This document shows positions 1 to 9,537 of a DNA stretch of 49,222 nt, piece by piece (position 1 is the first letter of the stretch; each line of letters starts with the position of its first letter). The notes under the pieces are model-generated. The model worked only from the letters and a program-made list of their open reading frames with translations. It made no database searches and had not been told where the DNA came from. A program made the translations under genes and the position numbers. This DNA is from Escherichia coli (GTDB lineage Bacteria; Pseudomonadota; Gammaproteobacteria; Enterobacterales; Enterobacteriaceae), in assembly GCF_003334255.1 (NCBI RefSeq), contig NZ_QOWU01000039.1; one strand, 5' to 3'.

Positions 1-77
1 AATCGGTGGAGCTGCATGACAAAGTCATCGGGCATTATCTGAACATAAAACACTATCAATAAGTTGGAGTCATTACC
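1..77 (+). mobile_element. IS1 right-hand terminus (last 77 nt of the element; the rest lies beyond the left window edge)
   Basis: nt 1-77 end in ...CATTATCTGAACATAAAACACTATCAATAAGTTGGAGTCATTACC. I recognise this as the insB-distal end of IS1 with its terminal inverted repeat (complement GGTAATGACTCCAACTTATTGATAGTG). IS1 identity stops at nt 77/78. Confidence 0.85.
3..62 (+). CDS. insB: C-terminal fragment of IS1 transposase InsB/InsAB' (SVELHDKVIGHYLNIKHYQ*); 5' part lies outside the window
   Basis: Hand translation of nt 3-62 gives the remembered InsB C-terminus followed by TAA at 60-62. Confidence 0.8.
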   Translation, partial: SVELHDKVIGHYLNIKHYQ

Positions 78-1005
78 CTGCGTTCTCCACTAACGATATA
101 ACGTTGGCAATCGATAAATCGGGGTTATTGGTGTATTCACAGGAGAGCGCCATTGACGAACATCCCTGTGCGAAACGAACAGATTCGGCAAACGGCATTC
201 CGTCTACCCAACACGAAGCAAGTCCCGCCATCATGGCATCGCCCGCTCCGGTAACATTAATAACATTGGTTTTGATCGGCGCAGACCAGCCACTTTCACC
301 GCTGATATCGCTGTAATAAACGCCGTCGCCGCCCATGCTCAATACCAGTCGGTTCAGGCCATGTTGATGGAACCAGGCAGCAACTTTTGCCACATCTTCA
401 CGCCCTGACAGCGCAATCCCACTCAGGGTTTCCGCTTCAAGGCGGTTTGGCTTGAGAGTGTGGATCTGATTTAGACGGTCGCGCACTTTGACACATTTCC
501 ATGCCGAAACCGGATCGACAAATACGGGTACGTTGGCGGCATTATCCAGAATCCATGCCAGTGCCTCTTCACTGATATTACAGTCCGCGACAATGACCTT
601 TGCCCTCTGAATAAATTCACCGTGCTGTGCGAGATATTCAGCTGTAATAGCGTTGCTAATATTCATGTCATTTATAGCAACCAGCATTTCACCGGTATTA
701 TCGAGTAATGATAAATAACTCGACGTATTTTCTCCCGGCACAATCAGGCATTTATCGACATAAACGCCAGATTGATTGGTTTGCGTTAGCAGCGATTGAC
801 CATAAAAATCACTGCCTACGGCGCTCAGTAGCCAGGCTTTGTTACCCAGCAACGCCAGGTTTTGTGCAATATTGCGCCCTACTCCACCAGGCGTAAATTT
901 TATTTTACCTGGATTTGAATCCGCATAATTTAATGATTCATGTGAATATCCGGCGACATCAATATTCGCCGAACCTATAATTACGACATAATCCTTTTCG
1001 CGCAT
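73..1005 (-). CDS. psuK: pseudouridine kinase PsuK (YeiC), pfkB/ribokinase family; 3' end altered by the IS1 junction
   Basis: The 310-aa ORF MREKDYVVIIGSANIDVAGYS... carries a GAGDA pfkB motif. Two bases of the final Gly codon and the TAA stop (73-75) lie inside the IS1 inverted repeat. I recall native PsuK as 313 aa ending ...ENAECLN. Confidence 0.9.
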   Translation of the reverse strand: MREKDYVVIIGSANIDVAGYSHESLNYADSNPGKIKFTPGGVGRNIAQNLALLGNKAWLLSAVGSDFYGQSLLTQTNQSGVYVDKCLIVPGENTSSYLSLLDNTGEMLVAINDMNISNAITAEYLAQHGEFIQRAKVIVADCNISEEALAWILDNAANVPVFVDPVSAWKCVKVRDRLNQIHTLKPNRLEAETLSGIALSGREDVAKVAAWFHQHGLNRLVLSMGGDGVYYSDISGESGWSAPIKTNVINVTGAGDAMMAGLASCWVDGMPFAESVRFAQGCSSMALSCEYTNNPDLSIANVISLVENAG

Positions 1006-1072
1006 AGCACGTCCTCTGGTAAAAAATTACCAACCCTGTCAATCCACAAGAATATAGATACTGCAAAGACGG

Positions 1073-1108
1073 TTTAAACATGTGTTCATATTTAAACATG
1101 TGCTCATA
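1073..1108. promoter_or_regulatory. tandem 18-bp direct repeat TTTAAACATGTG(T/C)TCATA upstream of psuK; candidate operator
   Basis: Two adjacent copies (1073-1090 and 1091-1108) differ at one base and lie 68-103 nt upstream of the psuK ATG. A related GCATGTTTTA follows at 1113-1122. Confidence 0.3.
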
Positions 1109-1243
1109 GTATGCATGTTTTACGTAAAGTAAATTACCGCCAGAGAGGCAAAATGGGCAGATTTGAGCAGGCTCACAAAATGCGATTAAATGCCTGAATT
1201 ACAAAAGCGAGGAATTTGTGACGGGATGCACAGAACAGAACAA

Positions 1244-1271
1244 TAAAAAAGGGCAGAAAATAATCTGCCCT
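1244..1271 (-). terminator. rho-independent terminator of the fruBKA operon
   Basis: The minus strand reads GGGCAGATTATTTTCTGCCC followed by TTTTTTATT, about 160 nt downstream of the fruA stop. Confidence 0.75.
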
Positions 1272-1387
1272 TGAGGAAATAACCTGAGTGTTTGATGAAC
1301 GTTTGAAGTTTCTACTGAAAGATAAAACCATTTAAATTCATAAAATTACATTCACAAACCGGTCATTCTCTTTGCGCTCATCAAATG

Positions 1388-1416
1388 TTACAGGACAGGA
1401 AATTTCTGCCCTGTAA
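1388..1416 (-). other. stem-loop immediately 3' of the fruA stop (no U-tract)
   Basis: TTACAGGACAG/CTGCCCTGTAA forms a 10-bp stem with one mismatch. No T-run follows on the minus strand, so it may stabilise the RNA rather than terminate. Confidence 0.4.
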
Positions 1417-1427
1417 CACACCTTTTA

Positions 1428-3119
1428 TTACGCTGCTTTCGCTACTGCGTCCACTTCCGGACGTTTCAGGAAGGCATAGGCCAAACCCGCCACCAGCGTA
1501 CCGGCAATAATTGCTACCAGGTAACCCAATACCGGCGTAATAGCGCCAGGGATCAGCAGAACAAACAGACCACCGTGCGGTGCCATCAGTTTCGCACCAA
1601 TCGCCATTGAGATTGCGCCAGTCAGCGCCCCACCCACGATACAGCACGGCAGCACACGCATCGGATCACGAGCAGCAAACGGAATTGCACCTTCCGAAAT
1701 GAAGCACAGTCCCAATACCAGAGCGGCTTTGCCACCTTCCTGCTGCGCTTTGTCGAATTTGCGACGCGCCACCATTGTTGCCAGACCCATTGCCAGCGGT
1801 GGCACCATACCTGCCGCCATAATCGCCGCCATCGGGCCATAGGTTTGAGTACTCAGCAGACCCACACCGAATGCGTACGCTGCTTTGTTTACCGGACCGC
1901 CCATGTCAGTACACATCATGCCACCGAGGATCGCCCCCAGCAGAACCGCATTCGCAGTCCCCATGGTCTGCAGCCAGTGAGTCAGCCCTTCGAGAATGCC
2001 AGCAACTGGTTTACCGATCAGGTAGATCATCGCCAGACCGACCACCAGACTGGAAATTAGCGGAATGATCAGGATCGGTTTCAGCGCCTCCATACTCTGT
2101 GGCAGTTTCAATTGCGTACTGATTAACTTCGCAATGTAACCAGCCAGGAAGCCCGCAATAATACCACCAATGAAGCCAGAACCGGTGCTGACCGCCAGCA
2201 TACCGCCAATCAGACCCGGAGTGAGGCCCGGACGATCGGCAATGGAAAAGGCAATATAACCTGCCAGTACCGGCACCATCAGCGCAAAGGCTGAACCACC
2301 ACCAATCTGCATCAGCGCCGCAGCCAACGTACCCGGCTCTTTAAACGCTTCGATACCAAAAGCAAAAGAAAGCGCGATACACAGACCACCTGCAACGACC
2401 ATCGGCAGCATGTAAGAAACGCCCGTCAGCAAGTGACGGTATGCGCCTGCACTCTCTTTCTTACTTTCAGTGGTCGCCGTTTGAGCTTTGCCCGCCGGTT
2501 CATACGGCGTTGCTTCAGCAACCGCTTTATCCAGTTCCTGCGCGGTTTTCTTCAGCGCCAGACCGGTAGAGGTACGATACATCGGTTTACCAGCAAATTT
2601 CGCCAGATCCACTTCGATATCTGCCGCCACAATCACCAGATCCGCTGCTGCGACTTCTTCGGGAGTGATTGCATTACCCGCGCCAACAGAACCACGGGTT
2701 TCAACTTTCACCCACCAGCCACGTTTTTTCGCTTCGGTTTCAATGGCTTCAGCCGCCATAAAGGTGTGTGCTACGCCAGTCGGGCAAGCAGTCACCGCAA
2801 CTACGCGTTTCGGACCGCTGGCGGCAACTGGTGCTGTCGCAGCGACCGGCGCAGTGTAAGGTTTCGCATGGCCTTTGGCTTCACTCAGGAACAGCTCAGG
2901 GTGCGCAACTGCCCGGGAAATATCGCCCAGCCAGACATTTTTACCGTTCAGCGCGCTGTCGTTCGGGATGGAATCACCGAGAACAATCGCCATTTCAGCG
3001 TCGTTCGGATTGTCGATGATTTCCAGTTTTGCTTTTCGCGCCGCCGCGCCCAGCAGGGTCTTCGCCATATAGGCGCGTGCCTGACCGAGATTAGCGTCAA
3101 TAATCAGCAGCGTTTTCAT
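1428..3119 (-). CDS. fruA: PTS fructose-specific enzyme IIB'BC (FruA)
   Basis: The 563-aa ORF has duplicated IIB'/IIB domains with the phospho-Cys motif VTACPTGVAHTFMAAE and a polytopic IIC domain. It sits in fruB-fruK-fruA operon context. Confidence 0.96.
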   Translation of the reverse strand: MKTLLIIDANLGQARAYMAKTLLGAAARKAKLEIIDNPNDAEMAIVLGDSIPNDSALNGKNVWLGDISRAVAHPELFLSEAKGHAKPYTAPVAATAPVAASGPKRVVAVTACPTGVAHTFMAAEAIETEAKKRGWWVKVETRGSVGAGNAITPEEVAAADLVIVAADIEVDLAKFAGKPMYRTSTGLALKKTAQELDKAVAEATPYEPAGKAQTATTESKKESAGAYRHLLTGVSYMLPMVVAGGLCIALSFAFGIEAFKEPGTLAAALMQIGGGSAFALMVPVLAGYIAFSIADRPGLTPGLIGGMLAVSTGSGFIGGIIAGFLAGYIAKLISTQLKLPQSMEALKPILIIPLISSLVVGLAMIYLIGKPVAGILEGLTHWLQTMGTANAVLLGAILGGMMCTDMGGPVNKAAYAFGVGLLSTQTYGPMAAIMAAGMVPPLAMGLATMVARRKFDKAQQEGGKAALVLGLCFISEGAIPFAARDPMRVLPCCIVGGALTGAISMAIGAKLMAPHGGLFVLLIPGAITPVLGYLVAIIAGTLVAGLAYAFLKRPEVDAVAKAA

Positions 3120-3135
3120 TATGCCTCTCCTGCTG

Positions 3136-4074
3136 TCAGTTAAAAGGTTGTAAGTCGACGCGCGCCATCATTGCGGCCAACTGCGGACGATCGGTAATAC
3201 CCACATTGCTTTGACTTACCGCCAGGGCTGCAACAGCTGTCGCCAGACGCAGTGTGTGTTCACTGGATTCACGCATCAGCAAGCCATAAATCAGGCCACC
3301 AACCATAGAATCCCCTGCGCCAACGGTGCTTACGACATCGACTGACGGTGGTTTGGCGATCCATTCGCCGGAGGCATTAACCCAAAGCGCGCCTTCGGCA
3401 CCCAGTGAAATAACAACATGCGCGATGCCTTGTTCACGTAGCGCATGTGCAGCTTCAATCACATCTTTCATTTCAGGCAGTTTACGGCCTGCCCAGATTT
3501 CCAGCTCGCGGCGGTTAGGTTTCACCAGCCACGGTGCCGCTTTCAAACCTGCTACTAACGCTTCACGGCTACTATCAAAGATAATGCAAGGACACTGACT
3601 ACGCAGGCGAGTCATCCAGTCGGTGAACGCTTCCGGGCTGACGCCTGACGGTAAGCTTCCGCTGACACAGACCATATCGAACTGACCGAGCCAGCTCAGA
3701 GAATCAGTCACAAAGCGTTCCCAGTCGGCGGGGGTGACTTCAAAACCCGAGAAGTTGAAGTCGGTCACTTCGCCGTCTTTTTCCGTCAGCTTAACGTTAA
3801 TTCGGGTGCGCCCCTGTACAACCTGGAAACGGTTGGCAATGCCCAGCTCGCTGAACAGTTGCTGAAAACCATCCTGATTGTCTTTACCCAGGAAGCCGCC
3901 AACGGTGACATCAATTCCCAGGTCTTTTAATACTTTGGCCACGTTGATGCCTTTACCCGCCGCATGCAGACCGGTGGTTTTCACCAGGTTCACTTCGCCG
4001 CGTTCAATTTCCGGGCAGAAACCAACAAGGTCATAAGCCGGATTAAGGGTGATAGTAGCAACACGTCTGCTCAT
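3136..4074 (-). CDS. fruK: 1-phosphofructokinase FruK (pfkB family)
   Basis: The 312-aa ORF carries a GAGDS motif. Its start overlaps the fruB stop (TAATG at 4072-4076). Confidence 0.96.
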   Translation of the reverse strand: MSRRVATITLNPAYDLVGFCPEIERGEVNLVKTTGLHAAGKGINVAKVLKDLGIDVTVGGFLGKDNQDGFQQLFSELGIANRFQVVQGRTRINVKLTEKDGEVTDFNFSGFEVTPADWERFVTDSLSWLGQFDMVCVSGSLPSGVSPEAFTDWMTRLRSQCPCIIFDSSREALVAGLKAAPWLVKPNRRELEIWAGRKLPEMKDVIEAAHALREQGIAHVVISLGAEGALWVNASGEWIAKPPSVDVVSTVGAGDSMVGGLIYGLLMRESSEHTLRLATAVAALAVSQSNVGITDRPQLAAMMARVDLQPFN

Positions 4075-5204
4075 TATGCGCCCTCCCCAAGACCAGCAGC
4101 GATAGCGTCGCCGATTGCTTTCAGCGCCTGTTCAGCATCTGCACCCTGGGCGGTAAAGCGTAGGCGATGACCTTTCTTAACGCCAAGTGCCACAACTTTC
4201 ATCAGACTACGTCCGTTTGCCGGTTTGCCGGTACCATCAAGGTTTGTCACGGTAATATCACTGTTAAATTGTTTAATGGTATTGACCAGCATGGTACCTG
4301 GACGAGCATGCAGGCCGTGTTCATTGCGCACCACAAACTCCGCGCTTAACACGTCGTCGGTCGGCGCATCATCGCTGGTCAGCAGCGCCAGCAACGTTGC
4401 CGCATCCGCTTTCAGCAAGCGGTCAGCTTTATTGTCGAGCAATAAATCAGCGAGACGCTTAAGAACCGCGATGGGCTGATCGTCATTCATCGCCACACTC
4501 ACCAGCATGGCTGCCGTTTCGCCGTCCACATCAAAAGCATTTGCCGCACGGCTTACCGCAATCGCGCTACGCAGATTGCCTTCGGCGCTATCGCTCAGCC
4601 AGATACCCTGTCCGAGATTCAGCGGTTGTTCATTGATGGCTTTGGTGACGAAAGTGGCGTCAACTGCCCCCGCCTCTTTCAGACGCGCAGCGTTCAGCGC
4701 CTGAAGAGTCAGCAGATCGCTGGCGACGATATCCAGTGTCAGCATTTCGTTGTCGAGCTTCAGCTGCTCACTCTGCTTTTCGCCCATCAGTAATGCGCGA
4801 AGTTCTTCTGCTGTTGTTGCTGACTTCAGTTGTTCAGCAACGGAATCATCGCTCAGTACGTGGGTCAGCTGGCGTAGCAGGCCCAGATGTTCATCCGAGC
4901 TGGCAGCAATACCGATTGCCACGTACGCTACCTGACCGTCACCCCAGGTGACGCCTTCCGGGAACTGAAATACCTGAACGCCGGTTTTCAGCACCTGATC
5001 GCGGGTGTCGGTAGTGCCGTGTGGAATAGCAATACCATTGCCGAGGAACGTTGAGGTTTGCTGTTCGCGCGCCAGCATGCCATTGACGTAGCCTTCTGCT
5101 ACATTACCGGCCTGCACCAGCGCCGCAGCGACCTGGCGAATCGCCTCTTCTTTGTCTCCGGCCTTTTCGCCCGGATGGATGTCCTGTACGGATAACTGGA
5201 ACAT
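4074..5204 (-). CDS. fruB: fructose PTS multiphosphoryl transfer protein FruB (EIIA-Fru / M domain / FPr)
   Basis: The 376-aa ORF has an N-terminal EIIA domain (GIAIPHG) and a C-terminal HPr-like FPr domain ([10 protein letters not shown]). Confidence 0.96.
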
Positions 5205-5225
5205 AGTTCTCCTCTCTTGCTGAAT

Positions 5226-5239
5226 TGAAACGATTCAGC
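5226..5239 (-). promoter_or_regulatory. Cra (FruR) operator in the fruB promoter/leader
   Basis: The minus strand reads GCTGAATCGTTTCA, a close match to the Cra half-palindrome consensus (GCTGAAnCGnTTCA), 22-35 nt upstream of the fruB ATG. Confidence 0.7.
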
Positions 5240-5290
5240 CTCTATGAGAAAAAAAGCGCCAACCTGGCTTAGGGTTAAAGACAAGATCGC

Positions 5291-5306
5291 GCTGAAACGT
5301 TTCAAG
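5291..5306 (-). promoter_or_regulatory. second Cra (FruR) operator upstream of fruB
   Basis: GCTGAAACGTTTCAAG contains the palindromic core TGAAACGTTTCA. Confidence 0.7.
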
Positions 5307-5571
5307 AAAGCATAATACTTCTGTTTCAGCACGCAAGGAAAGCCGTAAAGTTATGAGCAAAAGTTTGATGTGCTGCACAATTTTTTGCCATTTTTCCTAA
5401 TTGCTGATGGGAAAATCCGTTATCAGCAATTTCATTTCAGCAGCGTCAGCAGCCAATCAGCAACAGTGAAATGGCATTTTGACTATTCGTGGCGCTTTTG
5501 ATTTCGCTGTCTGTTTATTTTCTGACAAGCAGCGTAAACTCCGCGTCTTCCTCTTCCAGTGATCGACCAGC

Positions 5572-6753
5572 ATGCATAACTCCCCCGCAGTCTCCAGCGC
5601 GAAATCGTTTGACCTGACCTCGACGGCGTTTTTAATCGTTGCCTTTCTCACCGGTATTGCGGGCGCTCTGCAAACCCCGACACTCAGTATTTTTCTTACC
5701 GATGAAGTACATGCCCGTCCGGCGATGGTGGGATTCTTCTTTACCGGCAGCGCTGTCATTGGGATTCTGGTAAGTCAGTTTCTCGCCGGGCGCTCTGATA
5801 AGCGCGGCGATCGCAAATCGCTGATTGTCTTTTGCTGCCTGTTAGGCGTGCTGGCCTGCACCCTTTTTGCCTGGAATCGCAACTACTTTGTTTTGCTATT
5901 CGTTGGCGTCTTTCTTAGCAGCTTTGGCTCGACCGCTAACCCGCAAATGTTTGCCCTTGCCCGTGAACATGCCGACAAAACCGGACGTGAGGCGGTGATG
6001 TTCAGCTCTTTTTTACGCGCTCAGGTTTCACTGGCATGGGTCATTGGCCCACCGCTGGCTTATGCCTTAGCGATGGGTTTCAGCTTTACGGTAATGTATC
6101 TGAGCGCAGCGGTAGCGTTTATTGTTTGCGGTGTGATGGTGTGGCTGTTTTTACCGTCGATGCAAAAAGAGCTTCCGCTGGCGACCGGCACGATCGAAGC
6201 GCCGCGCCGTAACCGTCGCGATACGCTGCTGCTGTTTGTCATTTGTACATTGATGTGGGGCTCGAACAGCCTGTACATCATCAACATGCCGCTATTTATT
6301 ATCAACGAACTGCATCTTCCCGAGAAACTGGCCGGTGTGATGATGGGGACCGCCGCCGGGCTGGAAATCCCGACGATGTTGATTGCCGGATATTTCGCCA
6401 AACGTCTGGGTAAGCGTTTCTTAATGCGCGTTGCTGCCGTGGGTGGCGTCTGTTTTTACGCAGGAATGCTGATGGCGCATTCACCTGTCATTCTGTTGGG
6501 CTTGCAGCTGCTAAATGCTATTTTTATTGGCATTCTGGGCGGCATCGGGATGCTCTATTTTCAGGATCTGATGCCCGGTCAGGCGGGTTCAGCCACCACG
6601 CTCTATACCAACACTTCGCGCGTGGGCTGGATCATCGCAGGATCAGTGGCGGGCATCGTCGCCGAGATCTGGAATTATCACGCTGTGTTCTGGTTTGCGA
6701 TGGTGATGATTATCGCCACTCTGTTTTGCTTACTGCGGATTAAAGATGTTTAA
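5572..6753 (+). CDS. setB: MFS sugar efflux transporter SetB
   Basis: The 393-aa polytopic [28 protein letters not shown]... lies divergent from fruB, as in E. coli. Confidence 0.93.
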
Positions 6754-7004
6754 GGCGCGGTCAGCATTTCCAGATCGATAAGCCAGGTCATGGCCTGCTG
6801 ACGCGAGTTACCGCACATTTCAGCGCTGGCTTGTAAGCCTGCACAGACTTTCGGTCGCAGTGGCGAGGTGAAAATTTTACAGCGTTGCTGTTCATCAAGC
6901 TGAATGCAGGGCGTATTGGCGGGCTTGCCATCTGGCATACCGGGAATAGGGCTGGAAATTGAAGGGGCAGTGCAACACGCCCCGCAACCCGGACGGCATT
7001 CCAT
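6750..7004 (-). CDS. yeiW: Cys-rich small protein YeiW (UPF0153 / YkgJ-like CxxCxxCC family)
   Basis: The 84-aa product is [15 protein letters not shown]...IDLEMLTAP. The track ORF 6750-7136 is an N-terminal over-extension; I used the internal ATG at 7004. Confidence 0.8.
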
Positions 7005-7158
7005 ACGTTGTTCTCTTAAGGTTAACCACCGGATTGATGAGCGCGCACAGTACCACCTTTTTTGCACCAGCAAAAGTGCGAATACCACTTGCCCGAAAGG
7101 CCCGTCGCGAGTACTTTGTCGCGATATTTTTGACATTTTCGACTACAGGAATTTTTCG

Positions 7159-7731
7159 ATGCCAAGAGCGAACGAAATTAAAAAAGGTATGGTACTGAAT
7201 TACAACGGCAAACTGCTGCTGGTTAAGGATATTGATATTCAGTCGCCCACTGCCCGCGGTGCCGCTACGCTGTACAAAATGCGTTTTTCTGATGTCCGTA
7301 CCGGGCTGAAAGTAGAAGAGCGTTTCAAAGGTGATGATATCGTTGACACCGTGACGCTGACCCGCCGTTACGTTGACTTCTCCTATGTCGATGGCAACGA
7401 ATATGTCTTTATGGATAAAGAAGACTATACCCCGTATACCTTCACCAAAGATCAGATTGAAGAAGAGTTGCTGTTTATGCCAGAGGGCGGCATGCCGGAC
7501 ATGCAGGTGCTGACCTGGGACGGTCAACTGCTGGCGCTTGAGCTGCCGCAGACCGTTGATCTGGAAATCGTTGAAACCGCACCAGGCATCAAAGGGGCAT
7601 CTGCCAGCGCCCGTAACAAACCGGCGACATTGAGCACTGGTCTGGTGATTCAGGTACCAGAATACTTAAGCCCGGGCGAAAAAATTCGTATCCATATCGA
7701 AGAACGCCGTTATATGGGGCGTGCTGACTAA
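7159..7731 (+). CDS. yeiP: elongation factor P-like protein YeiP (EfpL)
   Basis: The 190-aa product is [30 protein letters not shown]..., an EF-P paralogue. The track ORF 6904-7731 is over-extended; the ATG is at 7159. Confidence 0.93.
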
Positions 7732-7751
7732 CTTCAGCCGCATGCAGAAAA

Positions 7752-7778
7752 GGGATAGCTCAGGCTGTCCCTTTTTTA
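7752..7778 (+). terminator. rho-independent terminator after yeiP
   Basis: GGGATAGC-tcag-GCTGTCCC forms an 8-bp stem including one G-U pair, followed by TTTTTT. Confidence 0.75.
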
Positions 7779-7953
7779 ATTTATTATACCAATCTTCTAT
7801 TTTGCGCTTCCTGAACACCTTACGCCCTCAATTTTCACTCGTTGATTGATCGCCCTCACACTTCATCGCATTAACAATCCAGACCAATTTCAATTGCTGT
7901 CATATAACTTTACACTGTCGTTGTTAATTAATCGTTACTAAGACGTGACTCCT

Positions 7954-9420
7954 ATGAATACAATCGCCTCCGTTACGCTCCCGCATCATGTACGCGCTCC
8001 ACGCTATGATCGCCAGCAGTTGCAATCACGTATCGTTCATTTTGGCTTTGGAGCCTTTCACCGCGCTCATCAGGCGTTACTGACCGATCGTGTGCTGAAT
8101 GCCCAGGGCGGCGACTGGGGGATCTGTGAAATCAGCTTGTTCAGCGGTGATCAACTGATGAGCCAGCTCCGCGCACAGAACCATTTATATACCGTGCTGG
8201 AGAAAGGTGCGGACGGCAATCAGGTGATAATTGTCGGTGCCGTTCACGAATGCCTTAATGCAAAACTGGATTCCTTAGCGGCAATTATTGAGAAATTTTG
8301 CGAGCCACAGGTGGCAATTGTTTCCCTGACGATTACCGAAAAAGGCTATTGTATTGACCCGGCCACCGGTGCACTCGACACCAGTAATCCGCGGATTATT
8401 CACGATCTACAAACCCCTGAAGAACCTCACTCCGCACCGGGTATTCTCGTCGAAGCACTGAAACGCCGCCGTGAGCGCGGCCTTACACCGTTTACCGTGC
8501 TCTCCTGCGACAATATTCCCGACAATGGTCATGTGGTGAAAAACGCGGTGCTGGGAATGGCAGAAAAACGTTCGCCAGAACTCGCCGGGTGGATAAAAGA
8601 GCACGTCAGTTTTCCGGGAACCATGGTCGACCGCATTGTTCCGGCTGCAACCGACGAATCACTGGTGGAAATCAGCCAGCATCTGGGGGTGAATGATCCC
8701 TGCGCGATTAGCTGCGAACCGTTTATCCAGTGGGTGGTGGAAGATAACTTCGTCGCTGGGCGTCCTGCCTGGGAAGTCGCAGGTGTACAAATGGTGAATG
8801 ATGTCCTGCCATGGGAAGAGATGAAACTGCGGATGCTTAATGGCAGCCACTCTTTTCTCGCTTATCTGGGTTACCTCTCAGGATTCGCCCATATCAGTGA
8901 TTGCATGCAGGATCGCGCATTTCGCCATGCCGCCAGAACATTAATGCTGGATGAGCAAGCGCCGACACTGCAAATTAAAGATGTCGATTTAACACAATAT
9001 GCGGATAAGTTAATTGCACGTTTTGCTAATCCGGCGCTGAAACATAAGACCTGGCAAATCGCGATGGATGGCAGCCAGAAATTACCGCAACGCATGCTGG
9101 CAGGTATTCGCATACATCAGGGGCGCGAAACGGACTGGTCGTTGCTGGCATTAGGCGTTGCAGGCTGGATGCGTTACGTCAGCGGCGTTGATGATGCCGG
9201 AAATGCCATTGATGTTCGCGATCCGCTTAGCGATAAAATTCGCGAACTTGTTGCGGGCAGCAGCAGTGAACAACGCGTAACCGCCCTGCTTTCCCTGCGT
9301 GAAGTTTTCGGTGATGATCTGCCAGATAACCCGCATTTTGTGCAGGCCATCGAACAAGCCTGGCAACAAATCGTACAATTCGGCGCACATCAGGCGCTAT
9401 TAAACACCCTCAAAATTTAA
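7954..9420 (+). CDS. yeiQ: putative NAD-dependent oxidoreductase YeiQ (mannitol/fructuronate dehydrogenase family)
   Basis: The 488-aa product starts MNTIASVTLPHH... and carries an HFGFGAFHRAH dinucleotide-binding region. I chose the ATG at 7954 rather than the track's GTG at 7945. Confidence 0.9.
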   Translation: MNTIASVTLPHHVRAPRYDRQQLQSRIVHFGFGAFHRAHQALLTDRVLNAQGGDWGICEISLFSGDQLMSQLRAQNHLYTVLEKGADGNQVIIVGAVHECLNAKLDSLAAIIEKFCEPQVAIVSLTITEKGYCIDPATGALDTSNPRIIHDLQTPEEPHSAPGILVEALKRRRERGLTPFTVLSCDNIPDNGHVVKNAVLGMAEKRSPELAGWIKEHVSFPGTMVDRIVPAATDESLVEISQHLGVNDPCAISCEPFIQWVVEDNFVAGRPAWEVAGVQMVNDVLPWEEMKLRMLNGSHSFLAYLGYLSGFAHISDCMQDRAFRHAARTLMLDEQAPTLQIKDVDLTQYADKLIARFANPALKHKTWQIAMDGSQKLPQRMLAGIRIHQGRETDWSLLALGVAGWMRYVSGVDDAGNAIDVRDPLSDKIRELVAGSSSEQRVTALLSLREVFGDDLPDNPHFVQAIEQAWQQIVQFGAHQALLNTLKI

Positions 9421-9537
9421 CGATTTCTGCGGTTAAAGCGGATGAAGCTCACCTTCGTCCGCTCTCCCCTTCTCTTTTCTGCCTTTTTTAGCCAGGATTA
9501 ACGCTCAGTTAACTTACCAGAGTATTGCGGAGCCGTT

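Noticed and set aside
1-72. Possible start of psuG, or a small minus-strand ORF (ATGCCCGATGAC...), downstream of psuK
   Set aside because: The sequence does not encode the remembered PsuG N-terminus (MSELKISPELL...). It is instead recognisable as the IS1 end with the InsB C-terminus on the plus strand.
2433-3143. 236-aa plus-strand ORF antisense to fruA, with similar long antisense ORFs at 6895-7527, 33973-34722, 38206-38799, 41017-41580, 41623-42210 and 42397-43296
   Set aside because: Each lies wholly inside a strongly supported gene on the opposite strand. Their products are low-complexity and Arg/Ser/Thr-rich, and none has an SD or a recognisable motif. They are typical shadow ORFs.
6750-7136. 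N-terminally extended track ORFs (6750-7136, 6904-7731, 7945-9420, 10527-11276, 14067-15887, 17961-19598, 24130-24510, 30980-31657, 36093-36854, 38779-39249, 44394-44903)
   Set aside because: Internal start codons give the remembered protein lengths, better SD spacing and operon-typical ATGA/TAATG couplings. Several of the extensions overlap upstream genes or promoters.
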